The position numbers were made by a program, and so were the translations under genes. The notes under the pieces are model-generated. The model was given only the letters and a program-made list of their open reading frames with translations. It had not been told where the DNA came from and did no database searches. This document shows positions 13,174-26,400 of a stretch of DNA of 64,000 bases, piece after piece (the stretch's first letter is position 1; every line of letters begins with the position of its first letter). Source of the DNA: Octopus sinensis (Eukaryota); contig NC_043008.1 of NCBI RefSeq assembly GCF_006345805.1, forward strand, positions 806,001 to 870,000, read 5' to 3'.

Positions 13174-13312
13174 GAAGGCGGCGATATAGCAGAATCGTTA
13201 AGATGCCGGACAATATACTTAGCGGTATTTCTTCCGAATCAATTCGTTCTGAGTTCAAATGCGACCGAGATCGACTTTGCCTTTTATTCTCTCAGGATCG
13301 ACAAAACAAGTT
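13174..13312 (+). mobile_element. SINE family A, degenerate
   Basis: aaggcggcgatatagcagaatcgtta...gttctgagttcaaatgcgaccgagatcgactttgcc. Confidence 0.8.
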
Positions 13313-14496
13313 ATGTATTTGAAACAGAGCAAGACTTGGGCTTAGCGTTTAGGGTTAAGCCTTGGGTTAAGTTTAAGAAGTGTTAGGGGTTAGTATTTAA
13401 ATTTACGGTTAGGAGCCGTATTTAGGGTTAGGTTTCTGACACAGGTATGAAAATGACCTGCAAAAACATTTTGAGTGCCAAACAGTTTCATTGTCGTTGA
13501 CCTCTTCTCTCTCTTTCATTTCCTTAATTTTAATTACATTTTCAATTACACATTTCAAGGTCATATAATATACTGGATTTTATTTCGATAGTTTTTTCAT
13601 CTTTACAGTGGTTTTATAATGCTTTTATTTTTTTGTTTAAATTTATGGATTTTCTTTGTTTAAAAAATCACTCAAGGTTTCGCAATGCCCTGATTTTCTT
13701 ATCATCTACACATGAAAATTGGACTTCATGTATGTCAAAAATGGTCTTTTCGATTGCTAAAATGTCAATCATTGAAGTTTGTAACCTTTTTATTACTTAT
13801 TTCTGTGGAAAATCAACGTGATTTTCATTTCGTCATTAGACTGCAAAATAACATAAATATAGAATATTTGAACAAAATTAGTCGGTACGAGCGAAACCAT
13901 GAATAAACGATAGTTGAAATAACCGAAATATATAATTAATAAATAATAAATTCTCTCTTCAGATTGTAATATGGTCCCCCCTATATTTCTTCATTGTTTT
14001 CTTATATCTCAAAACAAGCAAAATATCACGGTGTGTTGATGGTGTCTAGACACATGACTAATAAAACAGTCTAATTTTCAAATATCCACTTTGTCTGCTT
14101 TTTATCTTTTAGTATTTGTTTATTTATTTGTAGATGTAACATGTCTAGAACTAAAAATCATTTTATGACAGCAGTACGGTGATATATATTTCGCTAATGA
14201 CATCTTTGAATTTATTTTACTCTTTTTGTTTTCCTCATTAATTTGGTCTGGAGGAAGTATCCGGGTCTTCGCTGGCCCTCCAGAGTCGGTGAAGCACGAT
14301 GCTATTTATGCTGCTGTAAAGCCATTGGAAATCGAGGGCAGCATGACGAAGCACATGCAAGAGGGAATTCAAAGAGGCCGACGAAAGAGAGTGAGGAGAA
14401 GAGAGAGAGAGAGAGAGAGAGAAGGAGTAAGGGAGAATGAGGGTGAAGATACAAGGAGGGTGAGACATTGAGGAAGAGAGGAGAGAGAGAGAGAGT

Positions 14497-14633
14497 CAAA
14501 ACTATTGAAAAGGTTGCAAGAGGCAACGAAAATTTTAGAAAAATAAAAAAAGAAATAAGTGGAAATTTTACAGGTGAGTTTGTTAAATTGTAAGGCACAA
14601 AAAGAAAATGACTCTCCCCAGAAACAATATAAT
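14497..14633 (+). mobile_element. Short element with hammerhead-like motif (U3-A8 core); second copy at 57708-57840
   Basis: cta TTGAAAA g gttgc aagag gcaac GAAA ATTT tag, followed by ~100 bp shared with the 57.7 kb copy. Confidence 0.7.
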
Positions 14634-15428
14634 ATGTGTATATGTTTATACACACACACACACACATATATTTATGAGCCCGTATGTGTGTGTGTATGTG
14701 CCTGTGTTTGCCCCTCACGAAAAACTATTTCGTAACTTAAAAACAAATAGTATATATCATATTTGATAATAAACAAGTTACATGCCGCAATTAATGCGAA
14801 ATGGAAAGGATCCTTCAAAATAATGCAGAATTTAAGCTACGTCCTCAATTATACTGAGTTATACTGAAGTTGATGTGAACATGTTTAATGCTTAAAATAT
14901 CAACAACAACAAAAAAATATTGTTCGGTAAATTAGAATTAATATCTTACATAAATTATTTTGTATTGTATTGAGTATTTCTGGAAAGTAAGGAGACAAGT
15001 TTCATTCTTAGATTTGGTCTTCAAGGCATCGACTGCACTTTGGCCGCGGAGGCAGCTACAACAAAAATCTCCTAAGAAAATATTTCGTTTTTTTTATTAT
15101 CAAGATTATAAAACTTCTCTTTGCTTAATCTCAGATCAGGTAGCATTCGAACGCAGTTAGTAACGGTTCTCCCTTACGCCTTTCATTTCACTATATCCTG
15201 TTTAGTGGTTTATGGCGCTGTTAAGTAAAGCCTAAATTTGCTACCGACCTATCGACAGTATGTCTCCGTTCATTTTCACTATTATGCTTGTCAACACAAA
15301 ATTGAAATTAATTTTTAAACGTACCGTAGAACATCAGCCAAAAATGAAGCAAATTCTTAACGGACGGTTTGTGACAGCGAAATGTAATTTGCCAATGATG
15401 TGCCGTTGCTGAGTGTCTATGTATATAA

Positions 15429-15460
<32 letters not shown>

Positions 15461-15982
15461 GAGAGCGTTCTTGTTAACTCGTAAGTATCTGAAAATGAAA
15501 TATGCATTAAAACTGGCCCATCTGAAAGGTTTTCCAAGGCTAATGTATTTGGCAGACTCGATAAAACCCAGTTGGCTTTCAGCCCTCAAACATTTAATTC
15601 AACTAACACAATATTGGCAGTCTGTGCATCAGGTAATTGCCCTAACAACATTTCAGAAAATAAAAATAAAGAAAAAAATCTTTATTTTTTTTCATTTAAT
15701 TCGATTCCTGTGTCAATGATTAACAGACTAGAATTGCACACCGGGAACTTACAGACTGAATGTCATAGCTCAACTTCGTATATTAAAGACTGTGATGGTT
15801 CATAAATATGTCTTCGGCATTTTCTATTTTCTTTGTCATCTTCAGCAAGCTAGTCACCCTTCCATCACCAATACACGTCGTTCTTTTTTTTATCATCCTA
15901 TAACTTAAATTTGTCTGCAGAAATTCAAATTATATGCTCGGTTGCTTTCTTTGTTCATCTCACTCTCCTCTCTCTCTGTATT

Positions 15983-16034
<52 letters not shown>

Positions 16035-16072
16035 CGTACACATATATTAGTGTGTGTGTGTGTTTTGTGTCT

Positions 16073-16260
16073 GGGGAACGGGTAGATAATTGAGTCGCCG
16101 CATCTCGTCTGGCAGAGTTAGTACGAATGTGTATAAATTGTGTTTGTGTAAGTACGAATGCATTTAATTCTGTGTACACCCATACACAAATACTGTTTAT
16201 CTAAAACTCGCACTAACTCTGTCAGACGAGATGCGACATCTCAATTATCTACCCCGCCCC
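16073..16260. mobile_element. MITE-like foldback element
   Basis: Inverted arms gggtagataattgag..gcatctcgtctggcagagttagt.. (about 16080-16149) and ..actaactctgtcagacgagatgc..ctcaattatctaccc (about 16182-16254). Confidence 0.75.
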
Positions 16261-16343
16261 ATTACTTTTTTATTTCTTCCATTTCTGTCAACTTAATCTC
16301 TCTGTATTAACTCATTTCCCCCGTCTCGTTTCTTAAATGAATA

Positions 16344-16374
<31 letters not shown>

Positions 16375-16401
16375 ATATATGTGTGTGTGTGTGTGTGTGT
16401 G

Positions 16402-16433
<32 letters not shown>

Positions 16434-16587
16434 GTGTATGTGTGTGTGTGTGTGTGTGTGTATGTGTTTGTGTATGTATGTATGTATGTATATGGCAATA
16501 TAAGTGTGTGTGTGTGTGTGTATATATTTATATATATATGTGTATGTAAATGCATGCCATGTATGTATGCATATATCTATCTACTGT

Positions 16588-16967
16588 GGAGGCGCATTGG
16601 TCTAGTGGTTAAGATAGCGGACTCGCGGTCATAGGATCGCGGTTTCGATTCCCAGAACGGGCATTGTGAGTGTTTATTAAGCGAAAACACCTAAAGTTCC
16701 ATGAGGCTCCGGCAGGGATTGATGACGAACCTTGCTGTACTCTTACGCCACAACTTTCTCTCACTCTTTCTTCCTGTTTCTGTTGTACCTGTATTTCAAG
16801 GGACCAGTCTTGTCACACTCTGTGTCATGCTGAATGTCCTCGAGAACTACGCTAATGATACACTTGCCTGTGGAGTGCTCAGCCACATGCACCTTAATTT
16901 CACGAGCAGGCTGTTCCGTTGATCTGATGAAGTAGAACCCTCGTCGTCGTAACCGACGGAGTGCCAC
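16588..16967 (+). mobile_element. tRNA-derived SINE family C, full length
   Basis: ggaggcgcattggtctagtggttaag (A box) ... ggtttcgattccc (B box) ... tail cgtcgtcgtaaccgacggagtgcc. Confidence 0.9.
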
Positions 16968-17673
16968 GATATCTCTGTCTGTCTCTGTCTGTCTCTCGCT
17001 ATATATATTATATATTTATATATGTATACACAGAGTGAAGGACGCATTTATGGACTATCTTGCAAATAGGGAATTCGTATCGGATATTTCTATACCGATG
17101 TGTGTGTGTTTTTGTGTATTATATGCATTCGTGTGTGTGTGTGCAATCATTAAATGGTATAGCATAGATTCATATTCTGGATACTTTTTCTCTATCTTTT
17201 GCTTCTGCTTGTTGTATCAAATCCTAGATATAAATGGATTTGATAAAACTAGTCTATAAATTAAAACAGACCCCATAAAAGACAGTAACAAGCAAAAATC
17301 TATAACAAGTCTTTCTTCCTGATACCTTAGTAGCTTCTAAGCTGAAGATAAGGCCACATGTTCTTTGTCTATCTTCTTAACTTCTTCGAGATTTTAGGTA
17401 AAATTATATTAATGTATTCATCTATTTTAATTTAATTAAGTTCTGTCTTTGTGCAGCTGAAGATTGTTTTGCATTTAAATTGATGTAATGATTGCATTGT
17501 TCAATTAAATGGAGTTGCGTGAAACGATCGTACTGCATTACCTCTGGATATACTTCTTGCTTATTTTGATTTTAATCACCTTATTTTAAGATTGTATGGA
17601 TAATACCGTAATAAATTCTGGTGCCTTAACTTAAGTACCATATACATCTGAACCTCTCTCTCTTAATATATAT

Positions 17674-17754
<81 letters not shown>

Positions 17755-17755
17755 C

Positions 17756-17910
17756 ACGGCGGACTTCTTTCACATTTCTTCTATCAAATTCACTCACAAG
17801 ACTTTGATTAGCAAGAGGCTATAGGAGTAGACACTGACCCAAGGTGTCACGCGGTGGTACAGAACCCGAGACAATGTGGTTGGGCAGTAAGCTTCTTACC
17901 ACACAACTAC
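17756..17910 (-). mobile_element. SINE family B, 5' half
   Basis: Reverse complement gtgtggtaagaagctt...accttgggtcagtgtctac. Confidence 0.75.
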
Positions 17911-17943
17911 ATTCATTATTTATTTATATACATATGTAATATA

Positions 17944-17986
<43 letters not shown>

Positions 17987-18041
17987 GGGCATTATATATA
18001 TTCGTATATCGCACACATGCCTATATATTTATATATGTATA

Positions 18042-18106
<65 letters not shown>

Positions 18107-18129
18107 TATAAATGTATATATACAATGAT

Positions 18130-18343
18130 ATGTGTCCATGTGTATGCTTGTCTTTATACTTTTCCTCTCACCGATTGGCAATCGGTGTTGGGTGGTTTAC
18201 ATCCATATAATGCAGGTTTTTGGCGAAAGCTTTGGATAAAATAATTAGATAAGGTGTTGGTTTCGATTTAGTTGACTAAATCCTTCAAGGTGGGGACGAG
18301 CATGGCTGCATTTTAATGGTGGAAAAATGGTAAAGAATAAAGG
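18130..18343 (+). mobile_element. SINE family B, degenerate 3' half
   Basis: caatcggtgttgggtggtttacatcc...cttcaaggtggggacgagcatggctgca. Confidence 0.65.
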
Positions 18344-19148
18344 AATATGTAATAGTCCTTTAAACGAAAGTCCTAAAGAAATGTCACAAGTTGTAATCCA
18401 TTCTTTTCAATTATTGCCCTTTCCTTGTTCTGAGAAATAATCCTGCATTTTGCTTGCTCGAATACATTTTCCTGCGTGACATATTTAAAAAATATACTTC
18501 AACCAAAATTCACCTAAAACCCAGGTATTGCACATTAGGAAAGTTCGCTAATACCATATCACACACTAATAAGGCAAAAAGAAATAATTCGATTCCTGAT
18601 AACCGAAATAATACAGCCAATTACGTATCTTGTTTCCATTCAATGGTAACTACTTCGAAAAAACTATTCCTATTCAAACCACTCTAACGTAAAACCTAAC
18701 GTTAACCCCGAATAGCAGAAATGTCTGCTTAACTGCAAGGCTATTAAAACTTATATAACACTTTCAGAAGTTTAGACAGAATATCCCCCACTTGTCATGC
18801 AATCTACTTTTGGTATCTGAAAACTCAATATCTTGCCTAGCAATATTCTATAGCATCTGTTATGCTAGAACAATTTTTACTAACAGTCAAAATTATTCTG
18901 AAATATTCGCGCTCGCAAAAACCCTTGATATAATTGTATCGTGCTAAAGCATTAAACAAACAGTGTAATGAACACCAGTTCAATACAGGCATTTCATTAA
19001 CTAGCACTTTGAATTAAAACCTGATCTTACAATAAAATGGCATCTTGAATAGCCATAATAGCGCACAACTGTCTTCACATTAATTCTAATACTAACCTTA
19101 TGTACTGTAAATTTTCATCCGATACATATACATACATACATACATACA

Positions 19149-19221
<73 letters not shown>

Positions 19222-19256
19222 GTATATATATGTATATGTATATATATGTATATACA

Positions 19257-19290
<34 letters not shown>

Positions 19291-19377
19291 CATACATACG
19301 CGTATACATTCATATGCACATATATTTGTATATATATATACATATATATGTGTATATCAATGTATACTTGTAAGTAT

Positions 19378-19570
19378 GTTGGTGGACCCCTACCTCCACC
19401 CGGAATTCTTCACTGTACTTGTTGCCAACCCTCACCTTACTAACAGCGTCCCTGTACATGGCTCGCACAGCTCTCACTAGCCATTCATCTATCCCTAGTT
19501 TCATCATTGACCACCAGATAAGGGATCCGGGGACCCTGTCGAAGGCTTTCTCAATGTCAACGAAAGCCAG
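19378..19570 (-). pseudogene. RTE-clade LINE reverse transcriptase fragment
   Basis: [64 protein letters not shown] (RT motifs AFD and GVxQG). Confidence 0.9.
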
Positions 19571-20089
19571 TGAAAGCTAATTCCCTTCCGTTCTACAACA
19601 TCCGAAAGACAATGTTAGTAGCTAATCCCTTATTGAACCTCCTGTAGGCAAACTTAATGCTTTTCTAGTACCCTTTATTTATTACGACATTAATCTCCAT
19701 GTAATTCTAGGAAGATAAACCTAATCCATTCTGCCGTTATATAATTAATGCTACATGAAATCTTTAAACCTTAAAAGGTTGCTTCCTAATGTATCTCTGT
19801 AGGAGATAATCCATCCTGTGGTCATAAACCCGTTAAATACCCTGTCAGATTGTACGCTGCAATATATCACTCTTTCAGAAGCTGGTAAGTTGGCGAAAGT
19901 GTGCAGGTAATGACACCTCGCTAACTACGTCTTAATTAGTATACACTGCAGCACTAATTAGCAGAAATATATTTAATGCAGCATGTCAGTTTCTACGCCA
20001 AGGACACTCAAATCCGCCTCGTCATCAACATCGACCAAACCAATAACTAATCTTCATCGTCCTCGCACCTCCTTTCACTATTCACCTTC

Positions 20090-20243
20090 GTTCGCCCCCT
20101 CTTTCTCCTCCTCCTCCTCATTATTGTCATCACCGTCGTTATCATCATCGTCATCTTCGGTATCACCATCATCTTAATCTTCATTATCCTCGTCACCACC
20201 GTCTTCATCATCATCATCATCATCATCATCATTGTCGTCGTCG

Positions 20244-20274
<31 letters not shown>

Positions 20275-20315
20275 TAACATCATCATCATCATCATCATCA
20301 TCATCATTGTCGTCG

Positions 20316-20355
<40 letters not shown>

Positions 20356-20430
20356 TCTCATCGTCGTTGTCATCCTCCTCAGCATCGTCATCGTCGTCGT
20401 CGTCATCATCATCATCATCATCATCATCAC
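20090..20430. repeat. (CAT/CGT)n trinucleotide tract
   Basis: Direct inspection. Confidence 0.9.
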
Positions 20431-20880
20431 CGGCTTCTGCTCCCATCGCTGCTGCTGCAGCTGGTGCCGCTGCTACTAAGGTAGCAAGTTTATTGATTTC
20501 TGAAAAGTATCTCATTAAGTACCGCTTCTCGTAATGGTCTGCAGTGAAATGGCTGACCACTTCATTAAAACCATCTCTTAAGGGAACACGCACCGATATT
20601 TCACGCACGTCTTCATAAACAATCACACACAATGCACAATATACGCACACACACAAAAACAACACACATATAAAACATACACAGATCACACAAACCACGC
20701 ACAAACACACATTTACACACGTATAGCGCTCCTATATACTCTTATATGTTCAGCGCCCGCATACCTCTAATATAAAGAAGAATTACACACTCTCTACTTG
20801 TATTACAATAATAAACGCGTATAATTAAACATACCTGAATGAGTGAATACATGTATGTATGTCTGTATGTCTGTATGTAT

Positions 20881-21231
20881 TAGAATGAAGGATAGCAGGA
20901 TCCCCAAGCAGATGCTATATGGAGAACTTGTGAATGGAAGGAGACCCCGGCAGAGACCAAGGCTGCGATTTAAGGACTGTGTCAAATCCTCATTAAAGGC
21001 CTGTGATATGCAGGAGACTGGCTGGGAGAGCAATGCCTGTCATCGCCACAGAAGGAGGAAGCAGGTTAAGAAGGGGGTCGACACCTTTAAGGGAGCACGT
21101 ATTCAGCATGAAGAACTTAAGCGTGCTGCTCGAAAGCGCGCTGCTGGTGTAGTGAATGGTGAAAAAACTTGGTTCCTGAATGTTCCTGAAGGTCAGCAAT
21201 GGTCATCCTCAGTCACGAGTGGACGGACATC
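20881..21231 (+). pseudogene. RTE-clade (BovB-like) LINE 3' end, flanked by (ATGT)n
   Basis: RMKDSRIPKQMLYGELVNGRRPRQRPRLRFKDCVKSSLKAC...W, the characteristic RTE C-terminus; short 3' UTR ending ggacggacatc then (ATGT)n. Confidence 0.9.
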
Positions 21232-21389
21232 ATGTATGTATGTATGTATGTATGTATGTATGTATGTATGAATGTATGTATGTATGTATGTATGTATGTA
21301 TGTATGTATGTATGTATGTATGTATGAATGTATGTATGTATGTATGTATGCATGTATGTATGTATGCATGTATGTATGTATGTATGTAT

Positions 21390-21507
21390 GCAGCTGTTGC
21401 TATGTGGTAGGAAATTCCCCTTCCAAAAATGGGGCCTTAGGTTCAACCTCACAGCGTAGGAACATGGGCGAATGTTTTCAACTATAACCTTTGGTCGAAC
21501 AGACCTA
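21390..21507 (+). mobile_element. SINE family B head, degenerate
   Basis: gctatgtggtaggaa...ggttcaacctcacagcgt...catgggcgaatgttttcaactata. Confidence 0.6.
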
Positions 21508-22696
21508 GGGTTATATATATATATATATAGTATATGTATACGATATATATATATAGATTTATGGACACATATACTCATGCTTATATATATGTATACATAG
21601 ACACACATACATATATTTTCGTTATTCATTATATTTCAAATCCATAAGACACAAGCACCGCCACCTGTTAAATTGTATTGTATTCTCAGGTATATAATAT
21701 TTCGCTGATATATATTTAAAAAATGTGAAATTGCGCACCGCTGATGTTCGTGCGACGATGTGTCTGTGTGTCCGATTTTGAGAGAGTGTTACTACACATA
21801 CGTACATACATACATTCATCCATCCATCCATCCATCCATCCATCCATGCAAACATACTTGCATACATACATACATACATACATACATACAACCATGCATA
21901 CATACATACACGTACATACATACATATACATACACGCATGTATGCATAGATAGATGCATACCACTATTCTCCACATTGTGATTCCTCAGCCAGCCCAAGT
22001 ATTGGTTTAATAAGTCATGCTCATATCCATATTGCTTTTGGTGGCCCGAGGGCTCACATGCGGTGTCACCAGGTGAAGTCAGTGAATCGTAAGCATTGTT
22101 GAATAGTAGTAATAATATTATGTGTTATTGATTGTCTATTTGGTTCGATGTGTGTGTGTGTTTTTTGTTGTTATCTCGCTGAAGACTCATACGTTGACGG
22201 GAGAGTCAGTTACGTAAATACATAGACAACAATAACACAAACGTATAGAGACATACAAGGAAATATAGTCCGTATGCACATTCACAGAACCATATATAGA
22301 TATATGCACACATAAGCATAGAACTACCCATACATAAACTTATGTAAACTTATTCAAATTAACCTGTGCTGTCAAGCATCAGATATAGAATCTCTGGTGT
22401 TAGACACTTTTATATCACGATAGCATTCAATTCGTCGGTTTTATATATCTATCAGCTTATATATTTATTTATATAAATATAGATGTAAGATCCAAGGATC
22501 GAGGTGTAGGAAGAAGGTTAGCTTCAAGTAAACCGTAGAAAATATAAAACAACAATTTTCAGGAACAGTAAAGTTTTATTGAGGTGGAAGGTCGTAGATT
22601 TTTTCTGTATCGGAGTATGGTCAGCTCAAAAAAAAAAAAAAGAAAAACAGTTTTATATTTCACAGTAAGCGGGCAGGGCTGCCAGGTATGCGATTA

Positions 22697-23105
22697 AAAT
22701 ACAAGAATTAAGGAATGGAGTAAATCATATCCGGGATATATATGTTTCACAGCGAGCGGAACCTCGGAGGTGGTAAATATCCAAGCGACGTGTAAACTGG
22801 AGACTATTCTTCAGGCCAAGCGTATCTTCATCAAATGAAATTTACAATGTCTTAAGGGAGTACATGTTAACACACGGACGATTCGATCAGAATGCGAACA
22901 CACAGACGATTCTGATTGAATCTTCCGTGTGTTGACATGTACCTCCTTACGAGGTACTCCTTTCATTTAATCAAGATACCATTGGCCTGTAAAGTAGCCT
23001 GCGGTATACATTTCGCTTGGATATTCATCACTGCCGAGGTTCCGTTCGCTATGAAACATATGTAGCCCGGATCTTATCTACTCAATTCCTTGACTCTTGC
23101 ATTCT
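22697..23105. mobile_element. ~400 bp imperfect palindrome (MITE/foldback)
   Basis: Arms about 22697-22894 and 22909-23105 are reverse complements, e.g. catgttaacacacgga/tccgtgtgttgacatg, ggaacctcgg/ccgaggttcc, atatccaagcga/tcgcttggatat. Confidence 0.85.
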
Positions 23106-23167
23106 TATTCACATACACACTCGCATGTACACACACACACACATGCACACACACACATATGTGTATA

Positions 23168-23460
23168 TATACATAATAATCAAGGGGTTGCGGTGTGGGG
23201 AGTTAGGTGCTCAGACGTTAGGGGTGATGTGGTCGCAGATATTGTCTGACAGCCATGACTGGCTTCTCCTGTTTGTGTGACATGGTCCAGAGTCCTGTTG
23301 TCAGGCACAGAGTCTTCCAGCAGCCATTCTTTTGACCAAGAGCCACACTACCGCCCCAGGCATTTGATGTAGGCCTCCATGTTGAGTCTGAGGCCACGTG
23401 GGAAGAAGGATGGAGGCATAACGTCGCCATCATTAGTGATTACTCCAAGTACCATGATGC
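23168..23460 (-). pseudogene. Tc1/mariner maT-type (DD37D) transposase fragment
   Basis: IMVLGVITNDGDVMPP..GLRLNMEAYIKCL/..QQDSGPCHTNRRSQSWLSDNICDHITPNV*APNSPHRNPLDYY; 37 residues between the second and third catalytic D. Confidence 0.9.
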
Positions 23461-23477
23461 TTCTTTCTTTTCTTTCA

Positions 23478-23880
23478 CTCTTTCTTTTATTTGTTTCAGT
23501 CATTTGACAGTGGCCATGCTGGAGCACCGCCTTTAGTCGAGCAAATCGACCCCAGGACTTATTCTTTGTAAGCCTTGTACTTATTTTATCGGTCTCTTTT
23601 GCCGAACCGCTAAGTTACGGGGGCGTAAACACACCAGCATCGGTTGTCAAGCGATGTTGGGGGGACAAACACAGATACACAACCATATACACACACATAC
23701 ATATATATATATACATATATGCGTCGGGCTTCTTTCAGTTTCCGTCTACCAAATTCACTCACAAGGCTTTGGTCGGCCCGAGGCTATAGTAGAATACACT
23801 TGCCCAAGGTGCCACGCAGTGGGACTGAATCCGGAACCATGTGGTTCGTAAGCAAGCTACTTATCACACAGCCACTCCTA
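23478..23880 (-). mobile_element. SINE family B, full length
   Basis: Reverse complement ggagtggctgtgtgataag...gattcagtcccactgcgtggcaccttgggcaagtg...ggtgctccagcatggcc...tgactgaaacaaataaaag. Confidence 0.9.
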
Positions 23881-24093
23881 CTCCTTGACTGGATTTTTTA
23901 TATTTAACACTCTCAGTACGTGTTTTAGGGACATCGCAAGGCAACGGTCGTTCGCTGTGTTCCTCATTTGTTCGTACTGGAGCTTCCGGCGAGAATGCCA
24001 AGCAATTTAGCATGTCGTCGCCAAACTTCTGGCAGAGTGAATTGTGTCATGTGTGTGTGTGTGTTTGGGTCTATCTGTGCGTGTATCTGTGTG

Positions 24094-24124
<31 letters not shown>

Positions 24125-24624
24125 TATTTATATTATAATAATCAAGAGATTTTAACTTAAACGTGAAATTCGACGAAGATAAAACTACAAAACAGTTTGT
24201 AAATAGGGAGCTATTTCGATAGAAAGAGTTTGAGGCTGTCCGTGGGACACGAACCCACATCTTGTGTAAATATGACAGCTGTTCAGCTATTATACGGAAG
24301 AAATCTTTCAAATATCCCTTTTTAGATGCTCGCCTGAAAAAAAAAAAGAAAATGTCTACTGGAAAATGTTTTTGTAATTTAATGCATAATCTGAAACCGT
24401 TCATTTTCTTTTTAGTTATCAGAGAAATATATGAATGAGCTTCGAGATTGTTTTGGTAGCTATATAGTTGTTAGACTAATATGAATGCTATCGTGGGTAA
24501 ATGATGTTTTTAGGTGAATGACACAAATACGTACCTTAAATGCGTAATTAAGCCGAAATTATCTCTGTAGTGAGATAATTTAAGAAAATATATCTAACGA
24601 AGTAGTTTCATTACATTCTAAGAA

Positions 24625-24789
24625 CACCTTGAACATTGTCTTGTCTGTAATTAAGGAAAGAGCACATGTTTTTTTCTAATTAATCTCTACAGCTTATTAA
24701 TACACATCGGTTCCCCTTTACATATATGTGTCTGTATATATATATATATGTATGTATATCTATCTATCTAACTATATATATATATATAT

Positions 24790-24822
<33 letters not shown>

Positions 24823-24875
24823 AGTTAGATAGATAGATATACATAGATATATAATATATATAATATATATATAAA

Positions 24876-24945
<70 letters not shown>

Positions 24946-25037
24946 ATATATATATAATATATATATATATTATATATATATTATATGCAGACACACATTC
25001 GTATTATAAATATATATAATATATATATAAATATATG

Positions 25038-25086
<49 letters not shown>

Positions 25087-25102
25087 TAATATTATATATA
25101 AT

Positions 25103-25133
<31 letters not shown>

Positions 25134-25417
25134 ATTTATATGCAGACACACATTCGTATTTAGATCTTGTTATCATAATCCTGGTAAAACTAATCAAGTA
25201 TCATTTCCCCCAAACACTTTAATCTCTGTTCTGGATCGATGATGATCCAACGCGAGTAGATTAAAAACTGTACGACTGTATTTTCAGCTGATGCTTATAG
25301 TTATTACATAGTTAACTATGTTTGAAAGGGAACCGATGTGTATTAATAAGCTGTAGGGATTAATTAGGAAAAAAACATGTGCTGTTTCCTTAATTACAGA
25401 CAAGACGTAACAAGGTG
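24625..25417. repeat. ~95 bp inverted repeat arms (24625-24719, 25325-25417) enclosing (TA)n and a decayed hammerhead-like motif
   Basis: gtcttgtctgtaattaaggaa...acagcttattaatacacatcggttccc and its reverse complement. Confidence 0.85.
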
Positions 25418-25529
25418 AACATTACTTACGTGAGCAGCCATTAATTTCTACCGATGACGATAATGGCAACTGGAAGATCAATTAGTGCAAAGCGTTTAGC
25501 ATTGCTTATGATAAGATATACTAAGCTAT

Positions 25530-26050
25530 GGTATGTATGTATATATGTATGAATGCATGCATGCATGATGCATGTATGAATGTATGTCTGTATGTACGTA
25601 AATACGTACATACGAATTTATGTATGTATGTATGTATGTGTGTATGTATGTATGAATGAATGTGTGTATGTATGTATGCATGCATGTATGTATGTATGCA
25701 AGTATGTATGTATGCATGTATGTATGTATGTATGTATGTATGTCTGTATGTATGAATGAATGTGTGTATGTATGTATGTATGTCTGTATGTATGTATGTA
25801 TGTATGTATGTAGTATGCATGTATGCATGCATGTATGTATGAATGAATGTGTGTATGTATGTATGAATGTATGTATGAATGTATGTATGTATGTATGTAT
25901 GTATGTATGTATGCATGTATGCATGCATGTATGTATGTATGAATGAATGAATGTGTGTATGTATGTATGTATTTATGTATGTATGTGTGTGTGCATGTAT
26001 GTATGAATGTATGCATGAATGTATGTAAGTATACATGCATGTATGAATGA
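25530..26050. repeat. (ATGT)n/(ATGC)n/(ATGA)n tetranucleotide tract
   Basis: Direct inspection. Confidence 0.95.
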
Positions 26051-26059
26051 AGGAAAGTA

Positions 26060-26400
26060 TCTTGATTTAACCGCCATCCTTAAAATCTTCAGATCTTGCA
26101 GTCTTTTATAGACTCAGATATCGGGATCCTTTGTAGCGTATTGGTTAAAGAATTGTATTCTCTCCCCAGGAGTCCAATTTTAATCGCATTTGTCCTGTTA
26201 CTCCAATAATAATTTTCATAAAGCTGAAAGTGCGTCTCGGGTCCTGGATTTGCAAACTCTTTATCAGTAATCCATAGATGTCATCATTCTCTTCAGCCAC
26301 CTCGGCTGAATTTGAACTGTGAAGAGCTTGAACTAATAACGCAGGATATTTTTTCCGACCTTAATAATCCTGAAGAGACTTACGCAGATGGTAACAAAGT
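26060..26400 (-). pseudogene. Possible decayed REL-endonuclease C-terminus of an R2-group non-LTR retrotransposon
   Basis: AEENDDIYGLLIKSLQIQDPRRTFSFMKIIIGVTGQ resembles K..KY..L...L......IPIIIGALG. Confidence 0.4.

Noticed and set aside
13335-13435. Telomere-like ttaggg repeats (also about 3340-3430 and 18685-18710)
   Set aside because: Short and highly degenerate; not a telomere or a convincing fusion relic.
14245-14395. GC-rich island with partial hairpin (gctggccctc/gagggcagc)
   Set aside because: No recognisable protein, RNA family or second copy.
23030-23066. ctgccga...gaaacatatgta as another hammerhead
   Set aside because: No credible stem II or stem I, and the mirror arm lacks the core.
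24984-25160. Duplicated atgcagacacacattcgtatt within (TA)n
   Set aside because: Consistent with slippage or assembly error in a noisy (TA)n tract.
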